A DNA stretch of 64,000 bases from Cyanophora paradoxa CCMP329 (Eukaryota; Plantae; Glaucophyta), in NCBI GenBank assembly GCA_004431415.1, contig QPMI01000056.1, forward strand, positions 372,001 through 436,000, written 5' to 3'. The notes under the pieces are model-generated. The model was not told where the DNA came from, searched no databases, and saw only the letters and a list, made by a program, of their open reading frames with translations. This document shows positions 51,204 to 61,337 of the stretch, piece after piece (positions within the stretch are counted from its first letter, which is position 1; each line of letters starts with the position of its first letter). Both the position numbers and the translations under genes were made by a program.

Positions 51204-54200
51204 ATGCCGGTACGAGGCCTAGCTGGTGCGCATGGATTGCCCTGCGACAAGTTACGAAGGGCGTCGCGCGTATGCGCCTCCCTGACCCGCGTGACCGCAG
51301 AGTTCCTGAGGGACCGCGGTCTCCTCCGGACCGATTCGATAGAGGCGTTGCGAGGCACCTCTATAGGTGCGGCCTGGCATTTTCCTCTTTAGACGTTCGT
51401 CCTGGGTGCCGAAATACGAAGCACGGCTTGCAGGCATCGATGGCTACGTTTGGCTTCGGAAGCTCCAAATCCGGGAGCCGCTGCGAGAAGCGACGGGCGA
51501 CGGGTGCGACCCGCCGTGGTGTCCTCGTCGCCTCCCGTTCCGCGGCGGATCGAATCGCGCGTGCGTGCATGCGTGCAGGTCGCAGGCGCTGCCGGTCGCG
51601 CTTTCGGAGCAGCTTCGGGTGTTCGAGGAGGCGGGAATCAAGCCCTGCTTCGTGTTTGCGGGGCTGAACATCCCGCGGAAGGAGCGCCCGTTCACGCAGC
51701 CCGACGATCGGCTGGCGGCTCGGCAGCGCGCCTGGCAGGAGCACGCGGCCAACAACCTCCGGGCCGCAGTGGCGCTCTTCTCGCAGTCCGGTGCGGCCCG
51801 CGCTTGCCTGCCCGCCCACCCGCTGCGCCGCTGACGTTCGCCGTCAGCTTCGGCCGCGGTGGTATCCCCTGATCTCGTCGCTGACGTGATTCGATTCCTG
51901 CGGGGTCGCAATGCCGACGCGATCCGCGCGCCGTACCTCAGCTGGGCCCAGGTTCGCCGCCTTCCCCCCTTTCACCTCGCCTCGCCCGCACCGAGCGCCG
52001 CCGCAGCTGGGGTACATGGAGGGCGACGACGTGCGGATGGTGGACGGGGTACACGCGCAGCTGGAAGTTCTGCTCTTTGGCGCCCGCCGCGTCATCGTCT
52101 CGCTCGACCTGGCGGTACCCTGCCCGACCTTCCCCCCCCCCGTCCCTCGCTCACCGATCGCCTCGTAGGAGGGTACCTTCGAGTGGGTCGACCGCGACAC
52201 GGTGCTGGCAGCCGCTGGCGCCTCCGCGGATCAATTTCTGGACGCCTGCCTTCTCTCCGGATTCGATTTCCTGGGCACGTTCCCGCCCCTCGCGGGACAC
52301 CCCCCCTCCACCGTCCTCCCCGGTGCCCTTCTTCCCCCACGCACCGGCACCCCGGTACCCCCGACCGCGCTGACGTACCCCCAGCCGCGATCGACCTCGT
52401 CCTGAGGTACCGAACGGGTACGGCGCCGTGCGGGCCATGATGGGCGGCAACGGGCCCTCCTCCCCGGACCGGTACAGTCCACAGCCCTCTCCCAAAACCG
52501 TCCTTTTAACGTCGTACCCCCACCTCAAAATAGCGGCGGGACACGTACACGGACCAGTTCCTGCGGGCGCGGGCGCTGGTCCAACACCACGTGGTCCTCG
52601 AGCCCTCGGCGCGCGGCCCTCAACGCCGCGCTCGCCCCCGCGTGCGCCCCACCGTACCCTCCTCCGAGCCTGAAACCAGAACTAGCGCTCCTTCCACTTT
52701 AGGACACAGGACTCCCCTAGCCTTCCCCCTCTCTCGACCTCGCCCCGCCCCCTGCCTAGCGGCTCTTGACCTCGCTCTTCTCGTTCCCCCACCGGACCCG
52801 CCCCATCCCGCCTAGAAACTAGAACTAGGGCAAGGGGACCCGCTCTGCGGCTCGCCCCTCGTCCTGGCTCCCCCAGCCTAGCCAGCCCCCTCGGCCTCTT
52901 TCCCCTCCCCCCCACCCCCCTCCCCCCCCCCTCTCACCCCCCCTCCACGTACAGGGACCTGGACGAGGTGCTGGGCCCGCGGCTGCCCGACGAGCTCTTC
53001 CACCTCCTCGCCGCCGGCTGCCTCGAGGTGATTGATCCTTACTGTTTGATTTTGATGCAACATTACGTTACCTTCTAACGTTACGACCTTCTAACGTTAC
53101 GACATACCTAAGACCTTTAATCTTTTGATCTTTAATGAGACCTAAGACTTTAGACGCCGCCGCGGCCGGCTGCCTCGAGGTGATCCATCCCTGGACCTCC
53201 AACCTCGCCTCATCCACGCCTCGCCCCTCATCTCCTGGCGCCGCTCACGCTCCCGCCCCTCCTCCTCCCTCGCCCGCCCTCCCGCAGGCGTCGCTGCTGA
53301 GCGCGCTGGTGCTCGGCATGGACCGGGAGTTGCCCCCCCCCGTCGACTCCGAGGCCTACCGCCGCGCCTCCGCCGGTGAGTCAAGCATCTAGATACTAGA
53401 ACAATTAGAACAACGAGAACAACTAGATACTAGAACAAATAGACGCGCCTCACTCTAGAACAACTAGACTCGACTCCGAGGCCTACCGCCGCGCCTCCGC
53501 CGGTGAGTCAAGCATCTAGATACTAGAACAATTAGAACAACGAGAACAACTAGATACTAGAACAAATAGACGCGCCTCACTCTAGAACAACTAGACTCGA
53601 CTCCGAGGCCTACCGCCGCGCCTCCGCCGGTGAGTTAGTTAGTGAGTTGTTGTTGTTGTTGGAGCAACTAGAGCAACTAGATACTAGAACAATTAGAACA
53701 GCTAGAAGAACTAGATACTAGAACAAATAGACGCGCCTCCGCCGCGCCTCGATACTAGAACAACTAGACTCGACTCCGAGGCCTACCGCCGCGCCTCCGC
53801 CGGTGAGCGAGTGAGTTGGGAGTTAGTTGGAGCAATCGACACGATCGATACGTTAAAGCCGATCGATACCAGAACAGCCAGCAACTGTTACTAGAACGAT
53901 AAACGCCTCCTGATCGCTACTAGAACAGCTAGACGAACAATTAGAGCGTCGGCCCACCTACCGCCGCGCCTCCGCCGGTGCCGCTTGCACCCTCGCCCTC
54001 AACCTCCGCCGCACACATCTAGCCGATGAACGACGCTTCCGTCCCGTCCCGTCCTGACCCCGGCCCGGCCCCTCCTCTGCAGACTCGCTGACGATCCGGG
54101 CGACGGCGCTGGCGGCGCTGGCGGCGCCCCTGCCCGAGTCGCTGCGGGCGCGGCCCGTCTGCACCATCCGCTGGTTCGACGCGGTGCGTGGAAGGGCGCT

Positions 54201-56549
54201 CCAGGGCGCCCCGCGCTTAGTGGCGGCGCCAGTCTGACCTCAGGCCCGCAGGTGACCGAGTACCCCCTGCCCCACGGGGAGGACCCCTTGACCGTCCGCG
54301 GGGTACGCGACCCGCCTCCATCCCTTCTTCTTCTTCTTCTTCTTCTTCTTCTCCGGTCCCTGAGGCGGGGGCCCTCGCAGGCCGGGGGCCGCGCCGAGCC
54401 GCTCTCGCCCTGGTGCCCCCCGCACGCCGACATCCTGGCCGAGGCCTCCCGCCAGGCGAGCGCTCCCCTGCCCCGGGCGAAGGGGCGGACGAACGCTCCT
54501 CCAGCGAGCGGGTGGGCGGGCGGGCGGGCGGTCCCTTAGATCCCTTAGCTTAAGCGGACGGGCGAGCGCGCAAGCGAACGAGCGACCGGAAGAGCGAGCG
54601 GCGCTCGTCGGTCGACGCTTCTTGCCTGAGGCTGACGAACGTTCGCTCGCTCGCCCCCCGCGCAGCTCCGGCAGCAGCAGGTGGGCCTGCCGCCCGCGGA
54701 GGGGCCCCAGCCCAGCTCCGCCCTCGGGCTCTCCTTCGTCGTCCGCTGGGTAGAGGGACGGAGGGGGGGTAGCGGAAGCGGGGGCGGTGGGGGGGGCGGG
54801 TCCCGCTCCAGCCGCCACTCCCGCGCCTCCTCGGATTCCGGGTCGAGGGACGCGAGCCCCCCGGCGCTTTCCGGAGCGCCCCCCGCGGGCCCCGCGGACC
54901 CCGCCGCCGCCGCCGCCGCCGCCGCCGTCGCCGCCGCCGCCGCCGGCGAGTCGTCCGTCGAGGAGTGCCTTACCCCCCTCCTCTTCCAGCTCCTCCACGT
55001 CCGGAGTGCGTACCCGGGCTCCCCCCCCCCCCTACTCCCCTTGTTTTCGCCGACTCACCCGCCGTACCCCTCCTTAGGTACCTGGACGGGGGGCGCCAGG
55101 AGGCTACCGTGTTCGGGCGTTCCCTGTCCCTTGCCCCCCTGGATCGCCAAGAGGAGTCGTTCCTATTTATAGAACTCCTGCGCCTGGGGCACCTGACGGG
55201 GGAGACCCTCACGCACCCCAACGTACCCCCGCCGCCCTACGCCCCCCCGCCGCCCTCGCCCCCGCAGCCCCTCCCCGGCTCTCCAGCCGGCTCCCCCTTC
55301 TCGTCTGTCTACGGGAACCCTGTGCCGGCCATTCCCCCAGCCATCGCCCTTGATGCCCTCTCCCCCTCCCTTGCCCCGGTACCCCTCGCCGGCCCCACCG
55401 CCACCGCCTTCCACCTCGAGGTGCCGCGTACCCCCCAAAGACCCATCCACCCCCGTCCCAACCCCGCTCAGGTGAACCTCGTGTGCCGCGTCATGACCCT
55501 GCTGCCGCTTCGGTGCCGCGAGGGGGCGCCCTGGGAGGGCGCAATCGACCACGACCTCGCGGCCTTCCTGGGGGTATCCCGTTGCATCCAGCGGCCCCTT
55601 CGTTCGCTCTGCGACGCCCTCCTGGCCGCCGCTTGCCTGCGGCGGTTCCAGGCCCTACCCCTCCCTCCGGACGCGCCCCCGGAGGCCTCCGCCCGGCCCC
55701 CGCTCGCCCGGCTTTCCCCCCGGGGGTACATTGACCTCGCGGCGCGACTCCCCTTCCGACGCGAGCTGTCGACGACCCTTGGGATTGTTTGCAAGCACTG
55801 GCTCCAGGTGCCCTTTAGCTCGCGGCCCTACACGAGCTCGGACGAAAGAAAGGCTCACTCTTTGCCGTTTTTCTTTCCTCTCTGCAGTGCGAGCAGGCGC
55901 CGTCTCCCGCCGATCTGGCGGCCGCGTTCCCCTCTGCCGTGGACCCCTTCTCGGATTTGATCGCCGGGTTCGCCTTCTGGGACCAGGTACCCCCCTTTTC
56001 CTTTTCCTCCTTTTTCTTTCTTTTTCTTCCTCAAAATGTCGCCGCAGGCGATGCTCATGATGGCTCACCTGAGGCGCGAGCACGCGATCCCGGACGACAT
56101 TGCGGCTCAGGTGAGCGCGAAGCGGGGGGGGGGGGGGGGCGAACGGCCCTGGACTTGCCTCGAGTGTCTCAGAGCGCGCCGCCGCCGTCCTCGCCCCTGA
56201 TCTCTCCTCGCCGCAGTTCGACCGCGCGAACGCCTTCCTTGGCATGAAGCGCAGCGCCGGCAACGCCGGCGCCGTCGTTATGTCGGCCGCCCAGGTGAGC
56301 GTTCGTCTGAGGGAGCTCGCGTCCTATGATTCCGACCTGATCTGATTTCATTCGATCCCCCAGGCGGCCGCCCTCGGACCGATCGCTTTGCAGGTCCAGA
56401 TTCCCGTACCCGTCGTGCCCCCGGCCGGGTTCCTGCCCATGGCCATGCCGTACCCCGGCTTCGGGCCGGGTACCGCAATGTCTCCCATCTACATGATGTA
56501 CCCCAGCATTGAGAGCTCTGCCAGCGGATCGGGTATCCTATCCAGCTGA
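51204..56549 (+). CDS. MKT1: MKT1-family protein (XPG/PIN-like N-terminus plus MKT1 C-terminal region), multi-exon, full length
   Basis: Spliced reading: MPVRGLAEFLRDRGLLRTDSIEALRGTSIGIDGYVWLRKL...IKPCFVFAGL...IRAPYLSWAQLGYM...QFLDACLLSGFDFLGTFPPL...GPRLPDELFHLL...LELLRLGHL-like IELLRLGHL...VCRVMTLLPL..WEGAIDHDLAAF...LPFRRELSTTLGIVCKHWL...GILSS* (TGA 56547-56549). A 1-nt deletion near 52417 is absent from the other copies and is probably an error. Confidence 0.85.
53343..53980 (+). repeat. Intronic minisatellite: exon 3' end plus donor site repeated with ctagaacaa filler (also in the b3 copies at ~21280-21915, 38226-38864, 45779-46415)
   Basis: tcgactccgaggcctaccgccgcgcctccgccggtgag at 53343, 53470, 53597 and 53770, with a partial copy at 53957. 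Confidence 0.92.
54324..54352 (+). repeat. (CTT)n microsatellite in an MKT1 intron
   Basis: cttcttctt... run, about 9 units. It explains the poly-L/K/R stretches in spurious ORFs. Confidence 0.9.
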
Positions 56550-57479
56550 GTACCCCCCTTGTTCGTAGTAGGCCTAGGCGTCTGTTTCACTCGAGTTTTC
56601 TTCGTTTCCTTCCGTATTCTTAGTCGTAGGTCAGTTTTTGTCGTGCTTCGAGTGAGCAGCGGGCGGGGTTCCCTCTCCATACATTCGTGCCCCTTGACAG
56701 GATAGCTAGGCGTACCCCGTTAGGCGTGTGGGCTCTGAGCCGGCTCTGCGACTAGAAAGTGACTAGTCGTCAGCCCCAGTCGATATTTACTTAGCTCTCA
56801 TGCAGTGCAGGTTTTTCAAATGCAGAAGTTTTCGAAGCAGATCGATCAGCTCACTCTGTTCGTACATGTTATTGCCTTTCTTGTAGATAATTTCAGCCTT
56901 CCCTCCCTTCCTTCACATCTAGACCTCTGCATCCTCCAGCCGTTTCCCACGAATTCCCGTCTCCGGCTCCCCATTATAATTAGTGTACATACACAGGCCG
57001 CGGGCGTGGATCGCAATACGCAAAGAGTCTTGAATCACAAATACCTGTGCTCCATGCAGCTTGCTTTGACCGATTTCGAAATCTCTCTCGTCTGATCGAT
57101 TGAATAGTTTTTTCTGTGTGCGCTTGGTACGTTTTTACCATTTTAACCAAACATGACCGTCGGACCCCGAGCCCTGAAGGCTCGTGTGAAATTTTACTTG
57201 AATACCTAGTCAGCGTTGCAATTACTGCAGCTGCCTTAGTACCGTAGTACTGCGAGATCGGGCCATGTTAGCCTTAAGGCTTGTACGTACATGTATTTGC
57301 AGAAGGCGTACAGTTCGTCGTACACTGCGTTCAAGTGCGTTGCATGCGTGCTGATTAATATTGGGCCGGGCCTTTTACGAAAACGGTGGGTTTACAGGTC
57401 TTATAACAATCGAACGCTACATAGCCTAGTGGCGAAGGCCGCGAAACATCGGACACTGTGACAGCGACGTGGGTGCGGA

Positions 57480-59560
57480 CTAGCGGAAGCTCTGCAGGAC
57501 CGTGACGCGGGGGAGCTGGCCGGGCGCTTGCTGGAGGGGGTACCGGCGCCGCCCCCGCGGCCCCTCCGGAGCCGGGCCCCTTGCGCTTGAAGCCCTGGCC
57601 GGGCGCGCGGACCGCGGGGCGGGTGCCCTCCCCTGCTCCTCCGGATCGCGCTCGCCCCGAGGGCCGGCAGAGGCTGCGGGCGGCGCGGCCGGCCGCGCTT
57701 CGTCGCCCTCGCTCATAGCCGGAGCCGAACGGGGCGCCAGGGTACCGAGATCCAGGCGCTGGAGGGTACCCGCATGCGCGGGAAGGGGCTCTGCAGGGAG
57801 AGGGCGCGCAGGGTGCGGACGAGGCTGGGAGACTGGGGGTACTCGAAAGGCGCGGGGGGTAGGGGCGCCGGCGCCGGCGGGCAGCGGGGCGCCCGGACGG
57901 CTGGCAGACCTGCACGGGGCAGAGGCGGGCAATTTCGTCCTGCATGGAATTCGAGAGCCAGCGGAGCCTATCGGGGTACGGCGGCGTGAGCTTGGGGTAC
58001 GGCATGCAGAGGGGAGGGAACGTACGAGGTCATGGTGGCCTCGAGCTCTGAAGAGAGATCGGCGGTTCGGTCGAAGACGTGGGGAAGCGGGGGCTCGGGG
58101 GGTAGGCTGAGGGGCCGCATGCGGACAGCTTCCGGGGGCGGATCGTCGGGCGCCGTACCCCCCCGAGGCGACGGCATACCCGTGTCCAGGAGGGGGACCC
58201 AGGGCGGGGGGGACGGGGCGGATTCCCCGGCCGCCTCGGAATTCCCCTCACACTGACCCTCTCCCTCTTCCTCCTCCTCCTCGAAGGCAGGCTTGAGTGG
58301 CGGCGAGGCGCCGGCGGCGGGGCCGACACCCAGCGGCGCCGGTCGCTCGACGGTATCCGGGGCGAGATGGCCCAGGGGCCGGCGGAGGGTCCCGGGGCCG
58401 GCGCCGGCGTCTGGGCGGAGGAGGAGGAGGAGGAGGAAGAGTGGAGGCCTGGGGCGGGGCCGCGCCTCTGGCTGGGCGAGGAGGGGCTGGGGGTGGGAGG
58501 GGGAGGGGTGGAGATGGAGAGAACCGAGAAGCGCTGGGTGAGGGGTACAGGGGAGAGAGGCCGGCGGGGAACTCCGCCTCGGATTCGAACCCGGGGTCTT
58601 CCTCGGCGGCCTCGTGGGGGGTAGGGGTGTGGGACGTGCGGGGGATAGGGAGAGGCCGGACCGAGCCGGCCGTCTGGGGGGTAGGGCCCAGGCTCGGGCG
58701 TCCCGCGAAGTGCGGCGCCCGGAGACTCCGGCCCTCCCCCTCTCCGTAGCGGGGGTACGAGGGCGTCTCGGGGACGGAGGCCGCCAGGGGGGGTACGGTG
58801 AGCGAGAGGTCGTGGAGGATGCCGTCCAAGGACGGCTCCTCGCTGTGGTCGTACCCCCCCAGGGCGCTCTCGTCCAGCTCGCTGCCGGTGGAGGGGGGTA
58901 CCTCGATGATATCCGCCGGAGGCCGCGGGGCGTCGACGGCAGTCGCGGCCCGGCCGAGGGCCGCCCCGGGTACCACGAGAACCGATCCGTAGAAATCGGA
59001 GCCCTGCGGGAGGACGGGATTGGAATCGGAGAGGGGAGGGTGGAGAAGAAGGAGAGGGGGGTACGCGCACGTCCGAGCTGCTGATGAGGCTCGTGCGCAG
59101 CTCGGGCTCCTGTACCCCCGTCTCCTCCCCGACGCGCAGCCGGCGCACCCCGTACAGAAGCTCCCACGCCGTCCTAAAGTCTCCGTCCTCCCCCGCCTCC
59201 TCCCCCTCCCCCTCCGGCTCCTGTACCCCTGGGTCCTCGAAAACCTGTACCCGCTGCAGCGCCTCCACGACCGCAGCCTCCGCCGAGGGACCCGCCCCGC
59301 CCGCTGCTGTCCCCTCTGCTTCGCCCTCCGCCGCCGCCGCCGCCGCCGCCGCCGCCTCGCCGTCCCCACCTGCTCCTCCCCTCTTCCTCGTCCTCGTCCT
59401 CGTCCTCCTCCTCTTCATCCTCATCTGAGCCGCTCTCGGTCGTTGGGTCGCCGGGGGCCTTCCACATGAGCTTCACGTCGAGCGTGCGGCCGGCGGGCCG
59501 AAGCGGAGCGGCCCGCGCCACCTCCGCTCCTCCTCCCGCGCCATCTCGAGGCTGACGGAC
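57480..59560 (-). CDS. Low-complexity acidic/Pro-rich coding region, probably a C-terminal extension of the WD40 gene
   Basis: Long protein-like frames (SGSDEDEEEED..., DFRTAWELLYGVRRL, EEPSLDGILHDLSL...) with an intron at ~59007-59070 and frameshifts in homopolymers. The stop position is uncertain. Confidence 0.45.
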
Positions 59561-59599
59561 AGACAGACAGACAGACGCGCGGCGTGAGAAGACGGCCGA

Positions 59600-61283
59600 G
59601 GAGGAGGCGAGCGGCGAGAGGCGAGATAACGCAGGGGCGCACCCGACCGCGCGGAGGGAGGGCACGCGGCCGGTCGCGCCCACCGGGCTGCACTGCAGCC
59701 CTTTCGCCGGGAACGCCTTCCAGAGGTCCAGGGTCTGAGGAGCGCGGGCTCGGGGGTACGCGTGCAGGATTTGAAGGGGTACACGCACGCCGCCGTCGCC
59801 CGAGGTTGCGAGGAGGGATCCGCACGGGGAGAGCCCGATCTGCGGTGGTTGCTCAGCACCGCGCCGCCGGCGGAGGCCTCCGGGGTACGAACTTGAAGGA
59901 CGCGGAGGGGTACCCAGGAAGGTGCCCGAGCCGGATCATGCGCTTCGCGTCCTGCAAAAGAGGTACCCCGGTTGGCTAGCGCCCACCAGGAAGAGGGAAT
60001 AGGATGGTTACCCAGACGAGAGTATTGTTGCCGCCGTACCCCTGGGCCGACACGATGCGATCCGCGTCGGGCCAGAGGAGGCACGTGACCTGAGAACGGA
60101 GGGCTCAAGAGAGGGGGGAAGAAGTCGGGGGCACACTGCGTTCGCACCTGGGCGCAGACGTCGACGCGGCGGACCTGGGTACCCGTCTGAAGGTCCCAGA
60201 AGCGGAGGGTACGGTCGCCGGTACCCCCGCCGGAGCAGAGGAGGGAGGAGCCGGGGCACGGGGAGAAGGCCAGCCCGCGAATGGCCGCGTTGGAAGGCTC
60301 GTGGCGGAGGCGGTAGAGGCAGGACGAGAGGCGGCGCCCGTCGTAGACGAAAATTGATCCCGAGTTCGTCGAGGCGGCGAGGTACGGATCTTCCGGGTGG
60401 AATTGAAGGCCGCACACGCGCCCGTCTGCCGGGGCGCGCGGGTCGCGTCGGGCCGGGCCGGGTCGCGGGCTGCGGGCGGCGCGGGCGGGTGGCGCCCGCA
60501 CCGTGACCGCGAACGCAGAAGCTCGAACGCGCTCCGCCCCGCAGATCAAATCCGCGGACCTGCGCGGGCGCGCGAGCGCGGGTCAGGCGGGCGGGCGCTG
60601 GCGGGGCGGGCGTCCCGGGGCCGGACGCGCCTCGTGCTGCCCCTCGTCGGTGGAAGCGGCGAGGAAGGCGCCGCTGGATTTCCAGCAGAGAGCGTTCACG
60701 CCGCCCTTCGTCACATAGGAAGTCTGCGCCAAGCACGCGCTGGCGCGGGTGTCCCAGACCGCCAGCTCGCCGCGGTACGACCCGAGCGCGAGGAGCTCCC
60801 GAGCGGGTGGAAGCGGACGCTCATCGCCTCCGTACGGGCGTGCGTCATGTCCACAGCGGAGAACGCGTCCAGCTCCGTGCACAGGCCGCGCGAGGGGCTG
60901 TACAGCTTGACGCGGTCGTCGGCGAGGGCGATGACGTTCGCGCTGCCCCAGTCCCACTGCGGCAAAGGAGCGCGATTCGTGAGCGTGCTGCGGCGGCTGC
61001 GGCGGCCCTGGAGCGGCCAGTGGTCCGTTGTGACCGCCCTCACCGGCATTTGGTAGAAGTCGTTGCGGAAGGCATGCTGGATGGATATCGACGGCTTCTT
61101 TGGCAATCGAAACAGAGTGCCGAACGGTTGCTGTGGGCCCTCCGCGGCGGATACCGCCGAGCAGCGCACCCCGGCCTTTCCGACGATTTTGAAGGGCCAG
61201 GCGTGCGCCTGATCTTGAAGATTCACGTCGATGGACCGGATGAAGCGGTCCCGGTCCCTCCGCGCTGGGCCGGGCGGCCGCAT
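59600..61283 (-). CDS. Divergent Cdc20/Fizzy-family WD40 protein (APC/C co-activator-like), multi-exon
   Basis: DRDRFIRS (C-box-like), NDFYQMP-WDWGS, GH-GRVCGLQFHP, AAIRGLAFSP, LLCSGGGTGDRTLRFWD, DVCAQVTCLLW, LSPCGSLLATSGD-TLDLW. These follow the motif order of Cdc20/Cdh1. Confidence 0.8.
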
Positions 61284-61337
61284 TGCTTTGAATTCTCTCC
61301 GGACCCGCGGGTTCGAAGCCCAGGGGGGGCATATAAA

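Larger units (their letters stand above)
1..54520 (+). repeat. Nested direct tandem amplification array (element A / element B / MKT1 5' part); continues off the left edge
   Basis: The same modules recur near-identically in the same orientation. MKT1 ATG context ggtATGccggtacg at 9779, 11362, 19139, 26696, 28277, 36088, 43655, 51204. Sequence becomes unique after ~54520. Confidence 0.97.

Noticed and set aside
56805-57095. 96-aa ORF in the AT-richer gap after MKT1
   Set aside because: Non-ATG start, atypical composition and no motif. More likely the 3' UTR or intergenic region between convergent genes.
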